DNA from: Anaeramoeba ignava BMAN
Taxonomy: Eukaryota; Protista; Anaeramoebae
DNA length: 64,000 nt
Reading direction: 5' to 3'
NCBI GenBank assembly: GCA_028826165.1
Contig: JAPDFW010000022.1
Span: 752,758-816,757, forward strand
Below the pieces are notes generated by a model. That model was not told the origin of the DNA, searched no databases, and was given only the letters and a program-made list of their open reading frames with translations. Made by a program: the position numbers and the translations under genes. Below, piece after piece: positions 37,915 through 50,780 of the stretch. How positions within the stretch are numbered: position 1 is the stretch's first letter; each line of letters begins with the position of its first letter.

Positions 37915-38870
37915 AAAAAAAAATATTTATTTTTTTGGAAAAGATCAAAAATTAAATTTAATAATTTTAAATATTAGAAAATAAAAGGAAATTAAAAATA
38001 AAATTAAAATGTCAAAATTCTTTTTGTTTTAAAAAATTTTAATTGATTATTATTAATTAAATTTATTTTTAAAAATTGATATAAATTTAAATAAAAATTA
38101 TTTTATTTTTGGAAAAGATCAAAAATTTAATTTAATAATTTTAAATATTAGAAAATAAAAGGAAATTAAAAATGAAATTAAAATGTCAAAATTCTTTTGT
38201 TTTAAAAATTTTAATTGAAGTTAATTTAATTTATTTTTAAAAATTGATATAAATTTAAATAAAAAATATTTATTTTTGGAAAAGATCAAAAATTAAATTT
38301 AATAATTTTAAATAAAAGAAAATAAAAGGAAATTAAAAATAAAATTAAAATGTCAAAATTCCTTTTGTTTTAAAAAATTTTAATTGATTATTATTAATTA
38401 AATTTATTTTTAAAAATTGATATAAATTTAATTAAAAATATATTTATTATTTTTGGAAAAGATCAAAAAATTAATTTAATAATTTTAAATATTAAAATAA
38501 AAGAAATTAAAAATAAAATTAAAATGTCAAAATTCCTTTTGTTTTAAAAAATTTTAATTGATTATTATTAATTTAATTTATTTTTAAAAATTGATATAAA
38601 TTTAAATAAAAATTATTTTATTTATTTGGAAAAGATCAAAAATTAAATTTAATAATTTTAAATAAAAGAAAATAAAAGGAAATTAAAAATGGAATTAAAA
38701 TGTCAAAATTCCTTTTGTTTTAAAAAATTTTAATTGATTATTATTAATTTAATTTATTTTTAAAAATTGATATAAATTTAAATAAAATTTATTTTATTTA
38801 TTTGGAAAAGATCAAAAAAATAAATTTAATAATTTTAAATAAAAGAAAATAAAAGGAAATTAAAAATGGA
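37915..38870. repeat. About 173-bp tandem repeat, about 5.5 copies
   Basis: TTTGGAAAAGATCAAAAA recurs near 37935, 38108, 38275, 38452, 38625 and 38801. Confidence 0.9.
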
Positions 38871-39189
38871 CAAGTTTCTTTTTGTTTTAAAAAATCCCTT
38901 TAAAAAAAGAAACCCTTTTCTTTTATTTTTTTTTTAATTTTAAATTGTTTTTTTTTCCTTTTTTTTTTTTCATTTTTCTTTTTCATTTTTTTCATTTACT
39001 TTTTCGACAATTCAGTTTATTTTTATTACTTTAATTTTTTTTACTTTTTACTTTACTTTTCCACTTTATTCTAATTTTGATTTTTAGACATTCTTCTTTT
39101 TATCTTTTTATCTTATTATCTTTTTATTATCTTTTTATCATTCCAAAAAATAATAACAAAAAAACAATAAAACAAAACAACAAATAAAA

Positions 39190-40936
39190 ATGATTCAAAT
39201 TAATCCAAAAAGAATAACTCAATCCGGTTTTTTAAGAAAAAGAGGTTTTTTTATTATTATTTTTTAAAATTAAAATTAAAATTAAAATTAAAATTAAAAT
39301 TTTTTTTCTTTTTAAAAAATTAATATTTTTTTAGGAAAAGTGTTTAAAACTTGGAAGAAAAGATATTTTGTAATGAATGGAAAAACGTTATATTATTACA
39401 AAAAAAATACAGTAAAAAAAAAAAAAGCAAAAAAAAAAAAAAAAAAAGTGGAAAAAGAATTTTTTCTTAAAATCAATTTTTCTTTTAAAAATTAATTAAA
39501 AAATAAAAAGGATAAAACACCATTAGGAGAAATTCCACTTACAGAAAAAACAACGGTTAAAATATCCAATATCAAAAAAGAGAATTGCTTTGAAATTCAA
39601 GTTGGAAAAGAAAAAACATATTGTGTTTGTGCATCAACATCAACAGAACGACTCAAATGGATAGAAACAATCAAGTCGATTATTCTGAGTCTTACTCAAC
39701 CAAAAGTAACTATTGAAGATTTTGAGATCATTAGCGTTCTTGGAAGAGGAACTTATGGAAAAGTACAACTTGTGAAAAAAAACGGAACGCAAAATTATTA
39801 TGCGATGAAAAGTTTACATAAAGGAAAACTAGCCATTTCGAAGCAGATAGAACAAACAATTGCAGAAAAAGAAGTTTTTCTGCGAACAAATCATCCGTTT
39901 CTTGTTTCGCTTAAATACTCATTTCAAACGGATGAGAAACTGTTTATGATTTTGGATTATGTTAGTGGAGGTGAATTATATTTTCATTTAAAACAAGAAA
40001 AACGGTTCTCGAATGAACGAGTTCGTCTTTATGCTGCAGAGATTATTTTGGCTATTGAATATCTTCATAAATTGGATATTATTTATCGTGATTTGAAATT
40101 GGAAAATATTTTACTTGATTCTGATGGTCATATTAAGATCACTGATTTTGGATTAGTCAAAGAGAATATTTCGGAACAAAAAGATGGAACAAGAACAATT
40201 TGTGGAACTCCTGAGTATATGGCTCCTGAAATTCTCTTGGAAATAGGATACTCAAAGCCTGTTGATTGGTGGAGTTTGGGTGTTTTAATGTATGAAATGC
40301 TTATTGGTCTTCCTCCTTTTTATTCTGAAGATATGAATGCTTTATATCAAAAAATTTTGCGTCAACCTTTGAAGTTTCCAACTGATACTCCTGAATTAGC
40401 ACGAGATTTAATTAAAAAAGTAGGGAAATCATTTATAAAATTAAAATTCATTTATAAATTAAAAATCATTTATAATTTAAAATTCATTTATAATTTAAAA
40501 TTCATTTATAATTTAAAAATCATTTATAATTTAAAATTAAAAATCATTTATAAAATTCATTTATAATTTAAAATTCATTTATAAATTAAAATTAAAATTA
40601 AAATCGGAAAAAAATATTTAAAATTAAATTTTAAATTAGCTTTTGATTAAAAACCCAAAAAAAAGATTGGGATCAACATCAGATTCTGAATCAATTAAAA
40701 ATCATCCATATTTTGCTTGTTATGATTGGGATAAAGTTTATAATAAAGAAATTCAACCAACATTTAAACCTGAAATTAAAGAAATTACAGATATTTCAAA
40801 TTTTGATAAAGAATTTACAAAGGAAATGGGAGGAAATTCAGTACCAGAAATAAGTGTTATTGGAAGAGTAAATCAAAAACTTTTTGATGGATTTACTTTT
40901 GTAGGAGATGTTGAAGGAGTTGGAAATTTAAAATGA
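39190..40936 (+). CDS. PKB/Akt-like AGC kinase (PH + kinase + hydrophobic motif); exons 39190-39244, 39335-39411, 39511-40419, 40640-40936
   Basis: PH domain SGFLRKRGKVFKTWKKRYFVM; GRGTYGKV, YRDLKLEN, DFG, TICGTPEYMAPE; C-terminal NFDKEFT and FDGFTF. Confidence 0.92.
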
Positions 40937-41099
40937 TCTTTTTATTATTTTCCATTTTATTTCAATTTTATTTTGAAATTTTAATTATTTGGATTTTATT
41001 TCAATGTTTTTGAAATTTATTTGGATTTTATTTGAAATGTTATTTATTCTGGATTTGAATTTACAAAAGAATAAATTTTGAAGAAAAAAGCATGTTTTT

Positions 41100-42160
41100 A
41101 TATTTATAATTTATATTTATTTCTAATTTATATTTATTTATAATTTATAATTGTTTCCGATTTATATTTATTTATAATTTATAATTATTTCTAATTTAAA
41201 TTTATTTCCGATTTATATTTATTTATAATTTATTTATAATTTATATTTATTTCCGATTTATATTTATTTCCAATTTATATTTATTTATAATTTATATTTA
41301 TTTATAATTTATATTTATTTATAATTTATATTTATTTATAATTTATATTTATTTATAATTTATATTTATTTATAATTTATAATTATTTCCAATTTATATT
41401 TATTTATAATTTATATTTATTTATAATTTATATTTATTTATAATTTATATTTATTTATAATTTATATTTATTTATAATTTATATTTATTTCATAATTTAT
41501 ATTTATTTATAATTTATATTTATTTCCAATTTATATTTATTTATAATTTATATTTATTTATAATTTATATTTATTTCCAATTTATATTTATTTCCAATTT
41601 ATAATTATTTACAATTTATATTTATTTATAATTTATATTTATTTCTAATTTATATTTATTTCTAATTTATATTTATTTATAATTTATATTTATTTATAAT
41701 TTATATTTATTTGATTTATAATTGTTTATAATTTATATTTATTTTATAATTTATATTTATTTATAATTTATATTTATTTATAATTTATAATTATTTATAA
41801 TTTATATTTATTTATAATTTATATTTATTTCCGATTTATATTTATTTCCGATTTATAATTATTTATAATTTATATTTATTTCCGATTTATATTTATTTCC
41901 GATTTATATTTATTTATAATTTATATTTATTTATAATTTATATTTATTTCCGATTTATAATTTATTTATAATTTATAATTATTTATAATTTATATTTATT
42001 TATAATTTATATTTATTTATAATTTATATTTATTTATAATTTATATTTATTTCCGATTTATATTTATTTATAATTTATATTTATTTATAATTTATATTTA
42101 TTTCTAATTTATATTTATTTCTAATTTATATTTATTTATAATTTATATTTATTTATATTT
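41100..42160. repeat. 17-nt intergenic satellite (AATTTATATTTATTTAT)n
   Basis: Visible periodicity with TTCCGA variants. Confidence 0.88.
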
Positions 42161-42164
42161 ATGT

Positions 42165-42220
42165 CATTTTTCATTTTTCATTTTTCATTTTTCATTTTTC
42201 ATTTTTCATTTTTCATTTTT
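42165..42220 (+). promoter_or_regulatory. Tandem TCATTTT initiator-like motifs just upstream of the CRNKL1 ATG
   Basis: About 8 tandem TCATTTT; the same motif precedes most start codons in the window on the coding strand. Confidence 0.5.
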
Positions 42221-42230
42221 TTTATAAACA

Positions 42231-45200
42231 ATGAATCAACTTCCCAAACAATTTAAACCAAAAAACAAAAACGCAGCGAAAATACAAATCACAGCAGAAC
42301 ATTTATTAAAAGAAGCATTAGCACATCAAGAGAAGCAATCACGGCCACCTGAGCAGATAATAATGGACGAAGATGAACTACAAGAATATCGATCAAGAAA
42401 ACGAAGAAATTACGAAAACGCGATCCGAAGAACAAAATTCAACATGGGATCATGGGTGCGTTATGCGCAATGGGAAGCATCACAAGGGGAGCTTATTCGT
42501 GCGCGGTCGGTTTTCGAAAGAGCTATTAGTACAGACTACACTCATGTCCCACTTTGGCTTAATTATGTTGATATGGAAATGAAATATAAAAATATTAATG
42601 ATGCCAAAAACGTTTTTGATCGCGCTGTTTCTCTTTTGCCTAGAGAGAATAAATTTTGGTACAAATATGTTTATATGCAAGAGCTTTTGGGTAATGTTGA
42701 TGATGCTAGAAATGTCTTTAAAAGGTGGATGGAATGGGAACCTGATGAAGCTGCTTGGCTTTCTTATATTAAATTCGAAATTAGATATAATGAAATTCAA
42801 AATGCTAGAGCTATTTATGAAGGGTTTATTCGTTGTAAACCTAAAATTTCCACTTATTTAGTAAATAATTTTAAATTAAAATTAAAATTAAAATTAATAT
42901 TAATATTAAAATTAAAATTAAAATTAAAATTAAAATTAAAATTAAAATTAAAATTATAATTAAAATTAAAATTAAAATTAAAATTAAAATTAAAATTAAA
43001 ATTAAAATTAAAATTATAATTATAATTAACAAATTAAAATTAAAATTAAAATTAAAATTAAAAATTAAAATTAAAAATTAAAATTAAAATTAAAATTAAA
43101 ATTAAAATAAAAATTAAAATTAAAATTAAATTTAAAATTAAAATTAAAATTAAAATTAAAATAAAAATTAAAATTAAAATTAAATTTAAAATTAAAAATT
43201 AAAATTAAAATTAATATTCATTTATAAAATTAAAATTAAAATTAAAATTAAATTTAAAAATTAAATTTCGGATAAAAATTTAAAAATAAAATTAAAATTA
43301 AAATTAAATTTCGGATAAAAATTAATATTAAAATTCATTTATAAAATTAAAATTAAATTTCGGATAAAAATTAATATTAAAATTAAAAATTAAAATTAAA
43401 ATTAAAATTAAAATTCATTTATAAAATTAAATTTAAATTTATTATTAAAATTATTATTAAAATTCATTTATAAAATTTAAAATTAAAATTAAAATTCATT
43501 TATAAAATTAATATTAAAATTAATATTAAAATTATTGTAGAGATATGCAAAATGGGAAAAAAAATACGGAAATCCTGATTCTGCTAGAAAAATTTATGAA
43601 CGTACAGCTTTGGAACTTGGTGAAGACATTCTTGATGAATCTTATTATTGTGCTTTTGCAAAATTTGAAGAAGAACAAAAAGAAGTAAATTTAATAAAAT
43701 TATTTAATAAAATTATTTAATAAAATTATTTAATAAAATTATTTAATAAAATTATTTAATAAAATTATTTAATAAAATTATTTAATAAAAATAGTTTGAT
43801 CGAGCAAGAGCAATATATAAATATGGATTAGATCATATTTCTAAAAAACAAGCAGTTCAATTATATAAAGAATTTATATCATTTGAAAAACAAAATGGAA
43901 ATCAAACAGAAATTGAAGAAGTTATTTATAGCAAAAGAAAATTTCAATATGAAGATGTATATGAAGATATCCAACTATTTAATTTAAAAATATTCAAAAT
44001 ATTTAATATATTTAATATATTCAAAATATTTAATTTATTTAATATATTCAAAATATTTAATTTATTTAATATATTCAAAATATTTAATTTATTTAAAATA
44101 TTCAATATATTCAAAATATTTAATTTATTTAAAATATTCAAAATATTCAATATATTTAATATATTTAATTTATTTAAAATATTTAAAATATTCAAAATAT
44201 TCAAAATATTCAAAATATTCAAAATATTCAAAATATTCAAAATATTCAAAATATTCAATATATTCAAAATATTCAAAATATTCAATATATTCAAAATATT
44301 CAAAATATTTAATTTATTCAAAATATTCAAAAATATTTAATATATTCAAATATTCAATTTATTTAAATATTCAAAATATTCAAAATATTCAAAAATATTT
44401 AATATATTCAAAATATTCAAAATATTTAATATATTCAATATATTTAAAATATTTAATATATTCAAAATATTTAATATATTTAAAATATATTCAAAATATT
44501 CAATATATTTAAAAATATTTAATATATTCAAAATATTCAATATATTCAAAATATTTAATATATTTAAAAATATTTAATATATTCAAAATATTCAAAATAT
44601 TCAAAATATTCAATTTATTCAAAATATTCAAAATATTCAAAATATTTAATTTAATATATTTAATTTATTCAAAATATTTAAAAATATTCAATATATTCAA
44701 AATATTTAATATATTCAAAATATTTAATATATTCAATTTATTCAAAATATTCAATTTATTCAAAATATTTAATATATTCAAAATATTTAAAATATTCAAA
44801 AATATTCAAAATATTCAATATATTTAATTTATTCAAAATATTTAATTTATTTAAAATATTCAATTTATTTAATTTATTTAAAATATTCAATTTATTCAAA
44901 ATATATTCAAAAATATTCAAAAATATTCAAAAATATTTAATTTATTCAAAATATTCAATATATTCAAAATATTCAATTTATTTAAAATATTCAAAAATAT
45001 TCAAAATATTCAAAATATTTCAAAATATTCAATATATTTAAAAATATTTAAAATATTCAATATATTTAAAATATTTAAAATATTCAATATATTCAATATA
45101 TTCAAAATATTCAAAATATTCAAAATATTCAAAATATTCAAAATATTCAAAATATTCAAAATATTTAATATATTTAAAAAATATTCAAAATATTTAATTT

Positions 45201-46286
45201 ATTTAAAATATTTAATATATTTAAAAAATATTTAAATTTTTATTAAAGATACTCGAATCAAACCCAAGAGATTACGATATCTGGTTCGATTACATACGAC
45301 TTGAAGAGAATCATTCCGACATTAATCGAATCCGTGAAGTATACGAACGAGCAGTCGAAAACAGACCACCAGCAAAAGAAAAACGGTTTTGGAAACGATA
45401 CATATATTTATGGATCAACTATGGATTATTCGAAGAACTTCAAGCGAAAGAAATAACAAAAGCACGAGAAGTATACAAACGAAGTATTGAAGGAATTCCT
45501 GAAGAATTTTCATTTTCAAAGATATGGATCATGTACGCGCACTTTGAGATCCGGTGCAAAGACACCAAGGCAGCAAGAAAAGTATATGGAAACGCACTTG
45601 GAAGAGCGCCGAAGGATAAGATATATCGAGAATATATTCTGACTGAACTTCAACTTGGTAACGTCAACCGTTGCCGGATTTTATATGAAAAATATCTTGA
45701 ATTTTCCCCGGCAAATAGTGAGGCTTGGATCAAATTTGCTGAGCTTGAACAATCTCTTGGAGAAACTAATCGCGCTCGTTCTCTCTTTGAAATCGCAATC
45801 CAACAACCTCTTCTTGATGCTCCTGAACTCATTTGGAAATCTTATATTGATTTCGAAAATCAAATGCAGAATTTTGATAACGTCAGAAATTTGTATCAAA
45901 GACTTCTTGAAAAAACTGAACATGTCAAAGTGTGGATTGCTTATGCGAAATTTGAATGCGAAATTGATATGATTCAAAATGCTAGAGATATCTTTAAAAA
46001 TGCTGATCAGATTCTTAAAAATCAATCAAAAAAAGATGAACGTTCTCTTTTATTGGATTCTTGGATTGATTTTGAAAATGAATTTGGTGATTCTGATTCT
46101 TTGTTAATTGTTCAACAAAAATTACCAAAGAAAATTTTGAAAAGAAGAGAAGTTCCTGGTTTTGCTGGAAATATTGAAATTGAAGAATATTGGGATTATG
46201 AATTTCCTGATGAAAAAGAAGAACAAGCAAATGTTAAGTTTTTAGAAATGGCAAAAAAATGGAAAGAACAAAAAATGAAGAAATAA
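42231..46286 (+). CDS. CRNKL1: Crooked neck/Clf1 pre-mRNA splicing factor (HAT repeats); exons 42231-42860, 43541-43684, 43795-43956, 45249-46286
   Basis: KNKNAAKIQITAEHLLKEA, WVRYAQWEASQGELIRARSVFERA, NPRDYDIWFDY, WKRYIYLWINY, EEYWDYEFPDE, KFLEMAKKWK. Confidence 0.95.
43980..45240. repeat. 9-nt satellite (TTCAAAATA)n in a CRNKL1 intron
   Basis: Visible periodicity; source of the NILNIL ORFs. Confidence 0.9.
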
Positions 46287-46417
46287 AATTAAAATTAAAA
46301 TTAAAAAATTAAAATTAAAAATAAAATTAAAATTAAAAGGAATATTTTATGAAAAATGGATTTATATTTTATTTTTGTTTCTTTTTCTTGTTTTAAAAAG
46401 AATTTTTATTTTTCATT

Positions 46418-49155
46418 TCATTTTCGTTCATCTTTTTGTGTTTGATTTCTTGAAGTATGTGTTCGATGAGTTTTAATATCTGAATGATTTGAATTAATTT
46501 CATTGTTTTCAGCTGATCTTTTTCTTCGACTTCTTGAATCTGAACGAGAATGTGAATGATCTGAATGATGTGAATGTGAATATGAATGTGAATGATGTGA
46601 ATGAGAATGATAATCTGAATGAGAATGATAATTTGAATGAGAATGTGGATAATTAGAATGAGAATGATAATCTGAATGAGAATATGAATGATTTGAATGA
46701 TGAGGATCATAATGATGAGAACGAGAAATGCTTTCATTTAAATTTTGAATTGGATTTTGAACAGGATTTTGAACTAAATTTTGAACTAAATTTTGAATTG
46801 GATTTTCATTTTGATTTTGAATTGAATTTTGAATTGGATTTGGATTTTCATTTTGATTTTGAATTGGATTTGGATTTTGAGTAAAAATAGGATTAAAAGT
46901 TTCTAGATTTTGTATTGGAGGATTTAATGAAGGAAAAGAATTTTGAGGATAAAAATTCAATATTGAAGATAAAAGTTGAGGATCTAATTGATTTAATTCT
47001 TGTTCTTTGTTTTCTTGTTCTTTTTTTGAATTTAATTCTTGGTCTTTGTTTTCTGGTTGTGTTTCTGTTGGTAATTTGTTTTCATCAGAAGATTTTGTTT
47101 GAATTGCAGTTGAATTCCAAGAAATATTTGGGGTTGTATTAGTTTGTTGCGAAGAATCCCAAGGGGAAATAATTGAAGGATTCCAAGCAGGCAATATTGG
47201 ATTGATTACTGCTGCTGCATTTGGGTTTTCAAATTGAGTATCTTCTGGTTTTGTAGGAAAATGTCTTGAAGATTCATTTTGAAATTGAAAATTTTGAGAT
47301 GAAAAGTTGTTTTGATAAGGATTATAAAAATAATTTCCTTGTGGTTTGTTATGGAAATTTAATCCGTGATAAGAATTCGGATTATTTTTGTTTGGGAAAT
47401 GTGAACGTGAGTTTTTCTTTTGAGATACAAATTGATAAAGTTGAGGATTCACTTTTTGTTCTGATTCTATTAAAATTTTTATTAAATTTGATGCTTGTTT
47501 TGCAGAGTCTGCTGTGAAGAATGAGTATGCTACTCCTTTTTTACCTGCTCTTGCAGTTCTACCTATACGATGGACATAATCTTCATTACGTTTTGGGAAG
47601 TCGTAATTGATTACATATTTAATATCTTTAACATCTCTGAATATTTTAATTTTTAATTTTTAATTTTTAATTTTTAATTTTTAATTTTATTTTTTAATTT
47701 TTAATTTTATTTTTTAATTTTTAATTTTTAATTTTTAATTTTATTTTTTAATTTTTAATTTTTAATTTTAATTTTAATTTTAATTTTTATTTGTTTTTAT
47801 TCTTTAAAAAATACTTACAAACCACGTGAAGCAACATCAGTCGCAATCAAAATAGGTGGAAATCCTTTGCGAAATGATCTCAAAACATACTCTCGTTGAT
47901 GCTGAGATTTATCACCATGAATAGACAAAACAGGAAAACCATCAGACTTCAATTCATTAGCAAGTTCTTCAGCACAAACTTTAGTATCAACAAAAACAAG
48001 AATTTTGCCATCATTTCTAATTTGAGCGAGAAGATTTTTAAACTTAATTTTCTTTTCAAAATTAGGAACAACATCAACAATTTGAGTGACATTTTTATTA
48101 GCAGAGAGATCAAGGGATCCAATATTAACTCTTATAGGATGATATAAGAATTCATGTGCGAGTTTTTGGACATCTTTTGGCCATGTGGCACTCCATAAAA
48201 GAGTCTGTTTTTTGCTAACAATCTGGGAAAGTATTCTCCGAATCTGTGGCTCAAACCCCATGTCCAACATGCGGTCTGCTTCGTCAAGTACTAGATAGCT
48301 TACGCTACGCATGTTGGTTTCCCCAGAGTCTAAAAAGTCTATTAATCTCCCTGGTGTGGCGATGATAACGTGCGGATTGCGACGAAGTTCATCGATTTGA
48401 TGAATTTTTGGAATGCCGCCATAAACACAAGCGTTATGAATCCCAACAACACTTCCAAACTCATCGCACACTTCTTTGATTTGTTTGGCTAATTCTCTTG
48501 TTGGCGCAAGCACAAGAACAACAGGACCTGATCTGTATTTGTTGTCCCCACTTTCTGCCCTTATATGCTCAAATGCGGGAAGAAGGAATGCTAATGTTTT
48601 GCCGCTTCCTGTCTCAGCCACTCCAATAAAATCGTTTCCGGAAAGAACAATCGGCCATCCTTGAGATTGGATTGGTGTCGGGGTTTTCCACCCGCGATTG
48701 TAGAGTTTGTCCACAATGATCTGAGGAAACGGTGTTTGATCAAAAGAGATAATTGGCTTTGTTCCAATCCCTTCTGTTTCATCTCCAAGAACAGTGATTT
48801 CCTGTTCCTCGCGATATTTCCTCACTTGCTCATTTGTTAAGTTTTTGACTCCTGTATGCTCTTGGTATTTGGGTCTTTGTGTCCCTATTTGGCTCAATGT
48901 GGATCTGTTTTTTTCTTCTTCCCTATTTTGCGGATTATTTATACCTAAACTCGGTTGTTGTTCGTTATATCCCCTTTTCAACCCCTCTGAAACACCTATA
49001 TTTGTATTTTCTTCCCCTCTTCTTGTTGACTGTATATGTTGATCCCCTGTATTCACAGGTGTTGTGTATTGTTGTCCTGTTTGTGCGATGTTGTATCCAT
49101 ATCCATAAGGATACATTGTGTTTAATAAATCATATTGTCCGTTGAAACCGGTCAT
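46418..49155 (-). CDS. DEAD-box RNA helicase, DDX5/DBP2-like; exons 49155-47819, 47636-46418
   Basis: [61 protein letters not shown]|[17 protein letters not shown]. Confidence 0.92.
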
Positions 49156-49714
49156 TTGTGCTTTTTTTTTTGAAAAGTTCAAATTTTTGTTAATTGATTT
49201 ATTCTTTTAATATCTTATGAATTTTTTTTTAATTTTTAATTTTAAAAATGAAAATTAAATTTAAATTCATTTTAAAAATAAAAATTAAATTTAAAATCAT
49301 TTTAAAAATGAAAATTAAATTTAAAATCATTTTAAAAATGAAAATTAAATTTAAAATCATTTTAAAAATGAAAAATTAAATTTAAAATCATTTTAAAAAT
49401 GAAAATCAAATTTAAAATCATTTTAAAAATAAAATTTAAAATTATTTTAAAAATGAAATTTAAATTTAAATTCATTTTAAAAATGAAAATCAAATTTAAA
49501 TTTAAAATCATTTTAAAAATGAAAATTAAATTTAAAATCATTTTAAAAATGAAAATCAAATTTAAAATAATTTTAAAAATGAAAATCAAATTTAAAATCA
49601 TTTTAAAAATGAAAATCAAATTTAAAATCATTTTAAAAATGAAAATCAAATTTAAAATTATTTTAAAATTTAAATTGAATTGGATTTAATTTAAGTGTGA
49701 TTTTTAAAAAAAAA

Positions 49715-49836
49715 CAGCAAAATTCAAATTACCGTGACCATTTTTTTCAATTTCGTTATTCGAAAATACAACCAAATTGAATATTAATGGAGGCAAAAAA
49801 ATCAACCATTGGGCCACGTTAGTTTGAAAATTGCTG
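49715..49836. other. Imperfect 25-bp inverted repeat enclosing 72 nt; candidate structured ncRNA or MITE-like remnant
   Basis: Arms 49715-49739 (CAGCAAAATTCAAATTACCGTGACC) and 49812-49836 (GGCCACGTTAGTTTGAAAATTGCTG). Confidence 0.4.
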
Positions 49837-50780
49837 AATTTAGAAAAAAAAATTTATTAAAAAATTTATTAATAAATCCAATTCAATTTGAAAAAAAAAT
49901 ATTTTTTATTTTGATTTTATATTTATATTTATATTTATATTTGTATTTATATTTGTATTTAGATTTATATTTATATTTATATGTATATTTGTATATTTGT
50001 GTATTTGTGTATTTGTGTATTTGTATTTATATTTATATTTATATTTATAATTATATTTATATTTATAATTATATTTATATTTATATTTAGATTTATATTT
50101 ATAATTATATTTATATTTATAATTATATTTATATTTATAATTGTATTTATATTTTATATTTATTTTTATATTTTATATTTATATTTAGATTTAGATTTAT
50201 ATTTATATTTATATTTATATTTATATTTATATTTATATTTATATTTATATTTATATTTATATTTATATTTATATTTATATTTATATTTATATTTATATTT
50301 ATATTTATATTTATATTTATATTTTATATTTTTATATTTTATATTTGTATATTTATATTTTGTATTTTATTTTTGTGTATTTGTGTATTTATATTTATAT
50401 ATTTGTATATTTTATATTTTATATTTTATATTTATTATATTTGTGTATTTGTATATTTGTGTATTTTTTGTATGTGTATTTGTGTTTGTTTTCAATTTTC
50501 TTACTGTAATTAGGATTAATTTGTGCATTATAAGAATTAAAATAATTAGGATCCATTTAATAAATTATTTAATAAATTATTTAATTATTTAAAAAAAGGA
50601 AAAAAAAATGAAAAAAAATTAAAAAAAAAAATTTTAATTAACAAAATGAGTTTATTTTTTATAATAATTAGTCAAGTGTGACGAAAAATTAAAATAAAAA
50701 AAAATTTTTTTTTCTTTTTTAAATTTTTTCATTTTTCTTTTTAAAAATAAAAAAATTAAATAAAAAAAATAAAAATAAAA

